A stretch of DNA of 63,372 nucleotides, counting the filler, from a bacterium (GTDB lineage: Bacteria; JAJRZV01), in assembly GCA_024275095.1 (NCBI GenBank). It is 8 parts of 7 records of this genome, joined end to end, with 100 filler letters (N's around TTAATTAATTAA, not from the genome) between each part and the next. Parts side by side here need not be neighbours in the genome. Positions count along the whole stretch, not along the records: positions 29,766 to 43,440 come from JAJRZV010000001.1; 7 more parts are not named here. One strand, given 5' to 3'. How positions within the stretch are numbered: position 1 is the stretch's first letter; every line of letters begins with the position of its first letter. A program made the position numbers and the translations under genes. Positions 30,604 through 39,533 of the stretch are shown here, one piece after another. The notes under the pieces are model-generated. The model saw nothing but the letters and a program-made list of their open reading frames with translations, was not told the DNA's origin and ran no database searches.

Positions 30604-31862
30604 TTTCCTTTTTCCTTACCGATAAGCATATACGAGGCATAGGGTATAATGCACGTGTTGTCGGCAATATTTGGGGGCAGATGATCAACAAACGATTCCA
30701 CGTTCTCAACAATTTCAAATCCAAACAGCTTTGCCACCTCCCTGCCCTTTTCACAGGTGTAGAGCATGAGTCGCTCCGGCCGCGCGACCACGAAATCCCA
30801 CAGGCGGTAGAGAAGAATACACGCGAATGATTCCATGCTGCCGGAAAGCATGATTTTTATCAGGTCTTCCCGGCGCTGGATTTTCCCCTTTTGTATGGCA
30901 CTTACCAGATCTTCCATTTCCTCCCAGTTGAGTCCCCTCGGCATGGATGCGCACAGGAGAAGCCTGCCGTTTTGTGAAAGCACCTTGTTTGCCGTGTAGA
31001 CGGCTTTTGCTGCCTGCACGAAATCGATGTCTTCTCTTCCCCCGGGAGCGGCGATGACAAGCTTGAAGCGTCCGGGAAAGGGAACCTGATATATTTCTCG
31101 AACAAGTCGGTGTGAGGCATCTGCAATTTCTTCAGGAGGGCCGACGAATACGTCCATGACCGGACTTTCATTTTCCCAGCCCAGTACAAAATCCACCACA
31201 ACCTTTAACCCTCCTATGCGGGCACAGTCCTGGATGTCCTCATACACCGGATTCCCTCGAGCTACCCCAGCTTCTGCAAAGGGTGAAAGGTACCTGAGAT
31301 GGTTAAAATTAATGGTGATGTAATGGGCGACTCCCGGCACGAGAATTTTTCCGCCACCGGTGAAGCCCGCTATTTCAGACGGAAACACGGACCCCATGCC
31401 CATTATAAAGGCACATTCGGCGACCTCCCTGTTAATCCATACAGGTGTGCCAGCGCGTGATATCCCTGCAAACACATGGGCGTCATGGTCGAAGGCATCG
31501 TGATATACCACCTTTACCTTTTTGAGAGTTTCAGGGGGGATCTTCTTTTCGATGTCTGCGCGTTCGTAATTATGCGTTCCAGGTGCGTAGGCGATCACCA
31601 CTTCTGTGAAGCGTTGAAGGAGTAATTCAACTACCGGAGGCACGTAAATGTGGGTGGGAGTCGGTCGTGTATGATCATCCACGATAAGGCAGGCCTTTTC
31701 TCCGTTTGATGGAAGAATGGCGGATAGCTTTTCTATAATTTTTTGCTCGACCGCTTCCTTGGGGAGGGTTTCTTTTTTATTAGGAAGAATAAGGCGTGCA
31801 CCCTCGGGCAGGCGAATGTGCACAGCCTTCTGGCCCATATGAAAAGGCAGTGAGATGTTCAT
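30597..31862 (-). CDS. LarA-family nickel-pincer racemase/epimerase homolog
   Basis: DDHTRPTP, A.GTH, HDA, GTPV.IN, AGFTGGGK.LVPG, NH, GNPV.ED. Confidence 0.85.
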   Translation of the reverse strand: MNISLPFHMGQKAVHIRLPEGARLILPNKKETLPKEAVEQKIIEKLSAILPSNGEKACLIVDDHTRPTPTHIYVPPVVELLLQRFTEVVIAYAPGTHNYERADIEKKIPPETLKKVKVVYHDAFDHDAHVFAGISRAGTPVWINREVAECAFIMGMGSVFPSEIAGFTGGGKILVPGVAHYITINFNHLRYLSPFAEAGVARGNPVYEDIQDCARIGGLKVVVDFVLGWENESPVMDVFVGPPEEIADASHRLVREIYQVPFPGRFKLVIAAPGGREDIDFVQAAKAVYTANKVLSQNGRLLLCASMPRGLNWEEMEDLVSAIQKGKIQRREDLIKIMLSGSMESFACILLYRLWDFVVARPERLMLYTCEKGREVAKLFGFEIVENVESFVDHLPPNIADNTCIIPYASYMLIGKEKGKW

Positions 31863-31868
31863 AAATGT

Positions 31869-32282
31869 TCAGGGCTTTTCGCGTACGGATTGATAAATGA
31901 GAAGAATGCTTCCTGCCAGTATAAGAAGAGAAAGAAACAGGGCGTAAAGAGATACGTGGAATCCCATGAATATTGGGGATAGACATTCCACGTTACCGGT
32001 ACAGATGGGAGAGGGAAAGTAATCGTTTCGCACGAGAATAGATGAGGCTACCAGGGCGGGTATTGAAACAAGAGTTATTCCACCAACAACCCATAGACTA
32101 TCGTAGTAAAGCGAAGAGGCAGCAAGTATGGCCACGACAATCATTGATATGCGCGCTATCCAGCAGTACACGCAAGGGGTATTGCCCGTGATACTGAGCA
32201 TGAAGCTTCCACCCACACCCAACAGCGCCAGTCCAAGAATGCATGCTTTCACCACTCTGGAATTTGTAATGTGGACGTTCAT
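31869..32282 (-). CDS. DsbB-family disulfide bond formation protein
   Basis: Four TM segments, PCVYCW.AR motif, second Cys pair (ICTGNVEC). Confidence 0.75.
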   Translation of the reverse strand: MNVHITNSRVVKACILGLALLGVGGSFMLSITGNTPCVYCWIARISMIVVAILAASSLYYDSLWVVGGITLVSIPALVASSILVRNDYFPSPICTGNVECLSPIFMGFHVSLYALFLSLLILAGSILLIYQSVREKP

Positions 32283-32710
32283 TTTTCCAAGCCCTCCAGG
32301 CGTGGAATGCGCCCTGTGTTTTTGAACTTGAAATAATCTTTTAATATTTTTCCATGGTCAAAGGCAAGGGGGGTGGGGAGAGAGTTTTCTGAGCACACAA
32401 TTGCTTCTGCGGCATCGTCTGCAGGTTTTAAAACTCCTTGGCCTTTTGCAATATAAACCGTTGTTACTGTATGCCGGCGTGGATCGCGATGTGGATTCGA
32501 ATATGTAAAAAACTGCATGGTGAGTTCTACATCAAGTCCGGTTTCTTCTCTGGCTTCCCGTATGGCTGCCTCTTCAAGAGACTCTCCATACTCCACGAAT
32601 CCTCCCGGGATGGCCCACCCGAGCGGCGGGTACTTTCGCTTGATAAGAACAACGCCGTTTTTGTATTCGATGATAATATCCACGGTGAGTAATGGACCTT
32701 TTCTTTCCAT
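32279..32710 (-). CDS. NUDIX hydrolase (ADP-ribose pyrophosphatase-like)
   Basis: [24 protein letters not shown] Nudix box; RDPR, DDA, LAFDH. Confidence 0.93.
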   Translation of the reverse strand: MERKGPLLTVDIIIEYKNGVVLIKRKYPPLGWAIPGGFVEYGESLEEAAIREAREETGLDVELTMQFFTYSNPHRDPRRHTVTTVYIAKGQGVLKPADDAAEAIVCSENSLPTPLAFDHGKILKDYFKFKNTGRIPRLEGLEK

Positions 32711-32840
32711 GGTTCTGCCTCATTATAAAAGTTTGTACTCAGGATTTGCACCTAAAAGACACTGGTTGGTTGCGTCCGTAAAATAGATGATATAATTCAA
32801 AAATATTTTTTCTGTGTGAATCATAATAAGGGAGCAAGCA

Positions 32841-33749
32841 ATGGTTGGAAAATTTAAAGATTTTGTCCAGGTAAGCCGTTTTAAAATCCAGCTCGCCAGT
32901 CTCCCACACGCCACTCTCGGGGTCTTCATGGCTGTTTCAAAATTTGAGGAACTTGTAACGCCTCTCACGGGAGCCTATGTCATTCTTACCTTCCTTCTCA
33001 TTACCTATTCGTGTCACATCAACTGTCTTTATGATGTGGATGTGGACCTCAAATATAAACGGTATCTGGCAGAAGCCGTGCTGAGGCTCGGACGTCCTTT
33101 CATGTGGAAACTGATTGCTGCAGATACGCTCCTGGCCGGGTTGATTCTTCTCTATATCGCTTTTTCTGGAAGGTGGGTCACCGCGATACTGGGTGCTGCT
33201 GGCATGGTTCTGGCCTGGATTTACTCGAGTCCTCCCCTGAGGGTAAAAGCGAGGGGCGCGGTCAGTTTTATTCCGGTACTCGTGGGATTGTATTCTTTCC
33301 CCATACTGGGTGGGTGGTTCCTGTTTCGGGATGACCTTACGGTGGAAATTGTGCTTTTCACCCTCTTTTATGCAATGATGAACGAGGGAATCACTTTTGT
33401 TAACACGGCGGAGGATTACCGTGAAGACCTTGACGAAGGTATAACAACACTTGCACACGTGATAGGTATCAGAAACCTGCTTGTGCTTGCAGCTTTCCTC
33501 ACGGTTTGTGGATCAACAGGCGCAACGGTTCTGTTGCTGAAACACTCTTATCACATGGACCGCTTTGTTTTTGCAGCTGTGGCAGTGCTTTCTATTTTTG
33601 TCAGCATCGCAATCGGCATAAGAATGCTCGGGGGTTCCCTCGCTCCTGATCCTGAGAAAGAGGCCAAGCTTCTGGGTCCCAAAATGGGGCCCTGGTTTAT
33701 GGTCGTGAGGTACCCGTTGTTTCTGGGCGCTCTCCTCATGGTGGTATAA
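32841..33749 (+). CDS. UbiA-family prenyltransferase
   Basis: IN.LYDVDVD, YSSPPLRVK, NTAEDYREDLDEGITT; polytopic. Confidence 0.85.
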   Translation: MVGKFKDFVQVSRFKIQLASLPHATLGVFMAVSKFEELVTPLTGAYVILTFLLITYSCHINCLYDVDVDLKYKRYLAEAVLRLGRPFMWKLIAADTLLAGLILLYIAFSGRWVTAILGAAGMVLAWIYSSPPLRVKARGAVSFIPVLVGLYSFPILGGWFLFRDDLTVEIVLFTLFYAMMNEGITFVNTAEDYREDLDEGITTLAHVIGIRNLLVLAAFLTVCGSTGATVLLLKHSYHMDRFVFAAVAVLSIFVSIAIGIRMLGGSLAPDPEKEAKLLGPKMGPWFMVVRYPLFLGALLMVV

Positions 33750-33751
33750 GC

Positions 33752-34975
33752 GTGAAGAGGCTTCTTTATATTCTTGTGACCGTTTGTCTCTCTGCCGCAG
33801 CCTCGGCCGTGCTTTTGTACGCGGGTGTGGCTCCTGAACAGGCATTTCTTTTTCCACTGACCATTTCGCTTGCAGGAGTTCTTTCCTTTTCCCCGGGGTT
33901 AAAAAATACGGTGCTGATGGGTGTACCACTGGTGGTTTTGATTGCAGAAGGTGTGTTGAGCGCATCGTTACGTCCCGATGAGTACACCTTCACCCTGGTG
34001 GCGTGGTCAGCGGTGATGGTACTGGCGGGTGTTTTCGAGAAAAAGGTTTTTCCTGCTTTTGTCGCCGGCGCGGCGGTGGTATGGGCCTTTTTGCTCGTTC
34101 CCGAACTGGGAGCGTGGATTCCTCCGGTGCTTACTGCGTTTATGCTTTATTTCTGGCTCGTTGAGGAAGGATGGTTCCGGGGCAGCATCCGTGTGTTTCC
34201 TTCGCTGCATTTTCCTGTTCTGGTAATGGCGGGCTGGTATTTTGCACGGCATGATTTACCTGTTGAAGCGTTAATACCTGCTCTTGCTTTTATGGCGGCA
34301 TGGCATTACGCAGTGGCCATAAACGATATTTACGATAGAGAGATAGACGCTGTATCAAATCCACACAGACCCCTTGTTTCGGGCCTGGCCTCTGAAAAGC
34401 AGTATCATGAAATGTACATGTCCTGTGCACTTCTGGCAGCGGTTCTGGGTGTTGCGGGAAAGGTTCCGGTGCACGTGTTGATTTTTATTTTTCTTGCGTA
34501 CGTATACTCAACTCCTCCAGCGAGGCTGAAGAGGTTCCCGGTGGGAAGTGTTTTCGTGGCCGCGGGAAGCGTCATTGCATTTCATGCAGGTCTGGTGTCT
34601 TCTGGAGCGCGGGCTTTTACAGGAGAGCTTGTTCGAGTTCTCCTGGTGATGTTTCTCGCTTTTTCAGCAGGAATTGTGATCAAGGATCTGAAAGATGTGG
34701 AAGGAGATAAACGCGCGGGTGTGGCAACGCTTTTTACCACGCTGGGAGTGAAGAGAGGACTCGTGGTGGCGACCCTTCTTCTGGCCATAGCATTTTTTTC
34801 TCCTCTTTTTCTCATTTTTTCCCTGTATGACGTGGTAGTTTTTGCTGTTCTTTACGTAATAACATGTGTGGTATTGTGGATGAGTCATCGTCCTTTTGCT
34901 GTTTTCCCCCTTTATTTCGTGGAATTTCTCTACGTGCTTTTGCGATACACCGGTTACATTTCTTATGCCCGGTAA
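33752..34975 (+). CDS. UbiA-family prenyltransferase (DGGGPS/chlorophyll-synthase-like motifs) with extra N-terminal TM domain
   Basis: NDIYDREID..SNPHRPL.SG, YSTPP.RLK, KDLKDVEGD..AGV.TL. Confidence 0.85.
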   Translation: MKRLLYILVTVCLSAAASAVLLYAGVAPEQAFLFPLTISLAGVLSFSPGLKNTVLMGVPLVVLIAEGVLSASLRPDEYTFTLVAWSAVMVLAGVFEKKVFPAFVAGAAVVWAFLLVPELGAWIPPVLTAFMLYFWLVEEGWFRGSIRVFPSLHFPVLVMAGWYFARHDLPVEALIPALAFMAAWHYAVAINDIYDREIDAVSNPHRPLVSGLASEKQYHEMYMSCALLAAVLGVAGKVPVHVLIFIFLAYVYSTPPARLKRFPVGSVFVAAGSVIAFHAGLVSSGARAFTGELVRVLLVMFLAFSAGIVIKDLKDVEGDKRAGVATLFTTLGVKRGLVVATLLLAIAFFSPLFLIFSLYDVVVFAVLYVITCVVLWMSHRPFAVFPLYFVEFLYVLLRYTGYISYAR

Positions 34976-35014
34976 AATATTTTAAGTTCTCCCGAACCTT
35001 TTTCATGTTTAGGG

Positions 35015-35043
35015 TTGCCAAATACCTTCCCCCGTCTTAACCT
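35015..35043 (+). promoter_or_regulatory. Putative sigma70 promoter
   Basis: TTGCCA, 17-nt spacer, TAACCT, upstream of the AGGAGG SD and ATG 35090. Confidence 0.45.
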
Positions 35044-35089
35044 TTGAATAAGAAAAAAGAAGGGCTTGGTCCCGAAACAGGAGGTAGAC

Positions 35090-35737
35090 ATGGCATTTAT
35101 TAATCCAGTGGACAGAAAGAAACTGGAGGAGGAGTTCAACAAGTTACCGGAGCCCGTAGAAATTATCCTCTTCACCCAGGCCATCAACTGTGAATATTGC
35201 GGCGACACGGAATTGCTTCTCAAAGAACTGGCTGAGATCTCGGACAAGGTAAATCTCACAGTGAAAAATTTTACGATTGATAAAGAGGATGTTGAGCGTT
35301 ATGGGATTGACCGCGTTCCTGCCATAGTGGTGCGCAATGCTGAAAAGGACTACGGCATCAGGTTTTTCGGAATTCCTGCAGGATACGAGTTTGCTTCGCT
35401 GATCGAGGCCATCCGGCTCGTCTCCTACAAGATGACAGTTCTCGATGAGGAACTTCGCAACAGGGTGAAAGAGGTGGATAAACCCCTGCTTATTCAGGTG
35501 TTTGTAACACCGACATGTCCTTATTGTCCCCGTGCCGTTTTGACCGCATATCAGATTGCCATGGAGAATGATAATGTAACGGCTCACGCGGTTGAGGTTT
35601 CTGAGTACCCTGAACTGGCAAATAAATACGCTGTCACCGGAGTGCCCAAGACTGTGGTGGATGACAGAGTGGAGTTCGTGGGTGCTGTGCCTGACCACGT
35701 GTTTGTGGAAAACGTGCTCAAGGCGGTGAACTTGTAA
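35090..35737 (+). CDS. Protein disulfide oxidoreductase (PDO, two thioredoxin folds)
   Basis: CEYC and CPYC motifs; GIPAGYEF.SL; VFVTPTCPYC. Confidence 0.9.
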   Translation: MAFINPVDRKKLEEEFNKLPEPVEIILFTQAINCEYCGDTELLLKELAEISDKVNLTVKNFTIDKEDVERYGIDRVPAIVVRNAEKDYGIRFFGIPAGYEFASLIEAIRLVSYKMTVLDEELRNRVKEVDKPLLIQVFVTPTCPYCPRAVLTAYQIAMENDNVTAHAVEVSEYPELANKYAVTGVPKTVVDDRVEFVGAVPDHVFVENVLKAVNL

Positions 35738-35840
35738 GGATAGCAGCTTTGTTTGAGTCATAAACTCGGCGATTCTCTTGGTGAGGGCGGATGGTATAAT
35801 TTCCATATAGTATTGCATCCTTTGTTGCGAGAGGCCGAAC

Positions 35841-37277
35841 ATGGCCGGGATTAAACTTCAAAAAGCAGGTGAGGCGCGCTGGCGGATTCCGCGTGAAGGT
35901 TCCATGCAGGTCGAAGGAGTGGTTTACGCCACGGATGAACTGCTGAAGACAATCCGGGATGACGAGTCGCTCAGGCAGGTTGTCAACGTGGCGCAGCTCC
36001 CGGGTATTGTGAAGGCGAGCATTGCCATGCCCGATATTCACTATGGTTACGGTTTCCCCATTGGAGGGGTGGCTGCATTTCCCGCGGAGGATGGAATCGT
36101 ATCGCCAGGAGGTGTTGGTTACGACATCAATTGTGGCGTTCGCGTGCTTCGGCTTCCCCTGCAAAAAGAAGATGTGGAAAAGGAGATTCACCGTATAGTG
36201 GACGCACTTTTCAGCCATGTGCCTGCAGGCCTGGGTCGTGGAGGACCTCTTAAACTTTCAAAAAAAGATTTGAAAAAGGTGGCACGGGAGGGTGCTGTAT
36301 GGGTGATAAACCGGGGAATGGGACTTTCCGATGATCTTGAGTCTATTGAGGATGGCGGGCGGATAGATGGTGCGGACCCTGATGCAGTGTCTGACAGGGC
36401 TTATGATAGAGGTAGTGATCAGCTGGGCACAGTTGGATCTGGAAATCATTTCGTAGAAATAGGGTATGTGGACAAGGTGTACGATCCTGAAATTGCACGG
36501 CTTTTCGGTCTCGAAGAGGGGACGGCAACGGTGCTTATTCATTCGGGATCGCGCGGCTTTGGTCATCAAATATGTGATGATACCATAAGAGCTCTTCAGT
36601 CTTATGTGACCCGTAAGAACATAAATCTGCCCGACAGGCAGCTGGTTTATGCTCGTGTAAATGACCCTGAGGGACGCAAATACCTGGGAGCGATGAAATC
36701 AGCTATTAACTATGCCTTTGCCAACAGAGCAATCATTGCACATTTTGTCAGGGAAGTTCTGAAAAAAGTGCTTAAAATCCCTTATGACCAGATCGCGCTG
36801 GTCTACGATGTGGGTCACAACATTGCGAAAGAGGAAGAACACGTGGTGGACGGCGAGCGCATCAAACTCATTGTACACAGAAAGGGGGCTACAAGAGGTC
36901 TTCCTGCAGGAGATTCTCGCCTTCCTTTGCGTTATCGTGGTACCGGCCAGCCCGTTATCATTCCCGGGGACATGGGACGCGCGTCTTACATTTTAGTGGC
37001 TGAATCCAGAGCCCTTGAGGAAACGTTCGGTACGGTTTGCCATGGTGCAGGTCGGAACCTGTCGCGTGCTCAGGCCAAAAAGAGAGCCCGCGGTCGGCAA
37101 ATTGACCAGGAATTGAAAAGAGACGGCGTGGTGGTGAGGTCCCACTCCCGGGCAACGCTTGCGGAAGAAATGCCCGAAGCGTACAAGGATGTCTCTGAAG
37201 TGGTTCACGCAGTGGAGGCAGCGGGACTTGCCCGGGCGGTGGCCCGCTTGAAGCCACTGGGTGTGATTAAAGGATGA
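35841..37277 (+). CDS. rtcB: RNA-splicing ligase RtcB (archaeal/eukaryote-like clade)
   Basis: MPDIH.GYGFPIGGV, GYDINCG, GSGNHF, HSGSRG, HN.AK, HRKGATR, HGAGR, EE.P.AYK. Confidence 0.96.
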   Translation: MAGIKLQKAGEARWRIPREGSMQVEGVVYATDELLKTIRDDESLRQVVNVAQLPGIVKASIAMPDIHYGYGFPIGGVAAFPAEDGIVSPGGVGYDINCGVRVLRLPLQKEDVEKEIHRIVDALFSHVPAGLGRGGPLKLSKKDLKKVAREGAVWVINRGMGLSDDLESIEDGGRIDGADPDAVSDRAYDRGSDQLGTVGSGNHFVEIGYVDKVYDPEIARLFGLEEGTATVLIHSGSRGFGHQICDDTIRALQSYVTRKNINLPDRQLVYARVNDPEGRKYLGAMKSAINYAFANRAIIAHFVREVLKKVLKIPYDQIALVYDVGHNIAKEEEHVVDGERIKLIVHRKGATRGLPAGDSRLPLRYRGTGQPVIIPGDMGRASYILVAESRALEETFGTVCHGAGRNLSRAQAKKRARGRQIDQELKRDGVVVRSHSRATLAEEMPEAYKDVSEVVHAVEAAGLARAVARLKPLGVIKG

Positions 37278-37374
37278 GCCCGACCAGTTGGTTGAAGGCA
37301 TGTGCTTTTTGCTCATGCCGGCCAGGCAGGTGTGATACCATAATCACAAAAGTTTCCGGTGAAGGAGGTGCAGT

Positions 37375-37896
37375 ATGAGAAAAATTGTCGTGGTACTGGC
37401 CGTAATCCTTGCAGGTTCCGTTGTTGCGAATGCTGCAGAAGAAGGAAAGGTGAGTTTCGGCACCGGGCTGGATGTTGCGCTGATGAGCTATTCGGACACA
37501 GCAGTTGCGGGTTCGAATACCGCCGTGATCGGTGCTGACTTTTTTGCACTGGGCATTCGGCTTGCCGGAGAGTACGGAATCAGCAGCATGATTTCTTCAG
37601 GTGTTGAGATTGTTCCCTGGATTGAACTGAAGGAAGCGCAGGACCTGGAGTCCATGGATTTTGTGTTTTACGGGAAATCCCAGGCCGGTCCCGGCTACGG
37701 TAAAATCGGGCTGGTGCTTTCCTACAATAAGGCTGCCAGCGACATGGATGTGGGCATTAATCTGGGCTTCGGAATTACGCGGGAAATTTCTCCCAATGCA
37801 GAACTGGAGGTGGGTGTGGAAATAACCCCCTTTTTCCGCCTTGCCAATCTCATCCTCCCCATTGCCCTCAGGCTGGGCGTGAACTTCGGCCTGTAA
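37375..37896 (+). CDS. Small outer-membrane beta-barrel protein
   Basis: Signal peptide ending ANA; alternating hydrophobic strands; ends LGVNFGL. Confidence 0.65.
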   Translation: MRKIVVVLAVILAGSVVANAAEEGKVSFGTGLDVALMSYSDTAVAGSNTAVIGADFFALGIRLAGEYGISSMISSGVEIVPWIELKEAQDLESMDFVFYGKSQAGPGYGKIGLVLSYNKAASDMDVGINLGFGITREISPNAELEVGVEITPFFRLANLILPIALRLGVNFGL

Positions 37897-37907
37897 TTGA
37901 ACAACTG

Positions 37908-37946
37908 AAGAACCGGAGGGGAGAGCTCTCCCCTCCGGTTCTTTTT
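37908..37946 (+). terminator. Rho-independent terminator (perfect palindrome plus T-tract)
   Basis: aagaaccggaggggagag|ctctcccctccggttctt followed by ttt. Confidence 0.85.
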
Positions 37947-38106
37947 AATTTTCCTGATCAAAAAGTTGAAAAAATAAAGTTTTTGTAAATGTTCTGTTGC
38001 ATAAAAATCTCTGCTTCGAAATGTTGAAAAATCAAACGTTTTTATGAAAAATGGAAGGCAGTAACCTTCACCTGAAGAAGATTTTTCTGCGATTGGAGGT
38101 GCGGCA

Positions 38107-38499
38107 ATGGAATTTCCGGAGGGCCTTTTATACACAAAGGAACACGAGTGGGTCCTGGTGGAAAACGGGGAGGCCACGGTGGGTATTACCGCGTATGCTG
38201 TGGACCAGCTCGGGGATATCGTGTACGTGGAACTTCCAGCCGTTGGTGCTTCTTTTAAACAGATGGAAACGTTTGGAGTGGTGGAGAGCGTGAAGGCGGT
38301 GGCAGACCTTTACTGTCCGCTTTCAGGAGAGGTCGTTGAGGTTAACGAGGCTCTGGAAGAGCATCCCGAATGGGTCAACCAGGATCCTTATGATAAAGGC
38401 TGGATGATACGGATTAAACTCCATAATCCTGATGAAACCGGTGCGCTTCTGTCTGCACAGGACTACAGGAGATATGTGGAAGAAGAAAAGTCCGGGTAA
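38107..38499 (+). CDS. gcvH: Glycine cleavage system H protein (lipoyl carrier)
   Basis: YTKEHEW, GIT.YA..QLGDIVYVELP, VESVKA (lipoyl Lys), N.DPY..GW. Confidence 0.96.
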   Translation: MEFPEGLLYTKEHEWVLVENGEATVGITAYAVDQLGDIVYVELPAVGASFKQMETFGVVESVKAVADLYCPLSGEVVEVNEALEEHPEWVNQDPYDKGWMIRIKLHNPDETGALLSAQDYRRYVEEEKSG

Positions 38500-39533
38500 T
38501 GCCTTCTCTTCCCTTTCATCCTTTGATAATCGTAGCCGGCATTCTCGTTGCAGGGGTTGTCTCCGGCGTATTGCTGGAGTGGCTGCTCAGAAGGTATGTG
38601 CTTCGTCTTGTGGAAAAAACGGAAGGGTTGTTTGACGACAGGGTGGCTCGAGCATTCCGTGGCATTCTCTTCCTCTGGTGTGTGCTCGCTGCTGTGTCTC
38701 TGAGCCTTAAAATTTTTCCATTTCCCCCGGAGCTTGGGGGCACCTTTGAAAAGATAATCACCATCCTTTTTATTGTTTCCTTTACAGTTGTGGGTGCGAG
38801 GGTGGCCGGGGGACTTATTGAGACCTATGCGGGTCGTATGGCTGCTCCCCTTACGTCCACATCTATTTTCAGAAACATTGCTTACACAGTGATTTACCTG
38901 CTGGGTCTCCTGATGGTTTTCCACGCCCTTGGCATATCCATCACCCCACTTATCACAGCCATGGGCGTGGGTGGGCTGGCCGTGGCACTCGCGCTGCAGG
39001 AGACACTTTCCAACCTTTTTGCGGGATTGCACATTATCGCCTCACGTCAGGTGAGGGTGGGTGATTACGTGAAGCTGGATACAGGTGAAGAGGGCTACGT
39101 GGTGGATATTACCTGGCGCAACACCACGATCCGGGCCTTGCCGAACAATCTTATCATCGTGCCCAACTCGCGCATGGCCTCGGCAGTGGTTCTCAATTAC
39201 AACCTCCCACAGCGGGAGATGTCTGTGATTGTTCAGGTGGGGGTATCCTATGATAGTGATCTGGAGAAGGTGGAGAAGGTCACTATTGAAGTGGCCACGG
39301 ATGTGATGAGAGAAGTACCCGGAGGTGTGCCAGAATTTCAGCCGTTTATTCGTTATCATACTTTTGGAGATTCGAGCATCAATTTCAGTGTGATATTGAG
39401 AGCCAAGGAATTTGTGGACCAGTACCTCATCAAGCACGAATTTATCAAGCGGCTTCACGCCCGGTACAGGGAAGAAGGGATAGAGATTCCCTTCCCCATC
39501 AGGACTGTTCACATGAAAAATCCCCCTTCCTGA
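38499..39533 (+). CDS. MscS-family mechanosensitive channel
   Basis: GVGGLAVALALQETLSN.FAG, GD.V, I.WR.T, VPNS, GIEIPFP. Confidence 0.93.
   Translation: MPSLPFHPLIIVAGILVAGVVSGVLLEWLLRRYVLRLVEKTEGLFDDRVARAFRGILFLWCVLAAVSLSLKIFPFPPELGGTFEKIITILFIVSFTVVGARVAGGLIETYAGRMAAPLTSTSIFRNIAYTVIYLLGLLMVFHALGISITPLITAMGVGGLAVALALQETLSNLFAGLHIIASRQVRVGDYVKLDTGEEGYVVDITWRNTTIRALPNNLIIVPNSRMASAVVLNYNLPQREMSVIVQVGVSYDSDLEKVEKVTIEVATDVMREVPGGVPEFQPFIRYHTFGDSSINFSVILRAKEFVDQYLIKHEFIKRLHARYREEGIEIPFPIRTVHMKNPPS

Noticed and set aside
38050-38100. Possible glycine riboswitch upstream of gcvH (ggaagg...cacctgaagaag)
   Set aside because: Only a short resemblance. The CUCUCAGG-type 3' element and P1 stem are not evident; an Rfam scan would settle it.
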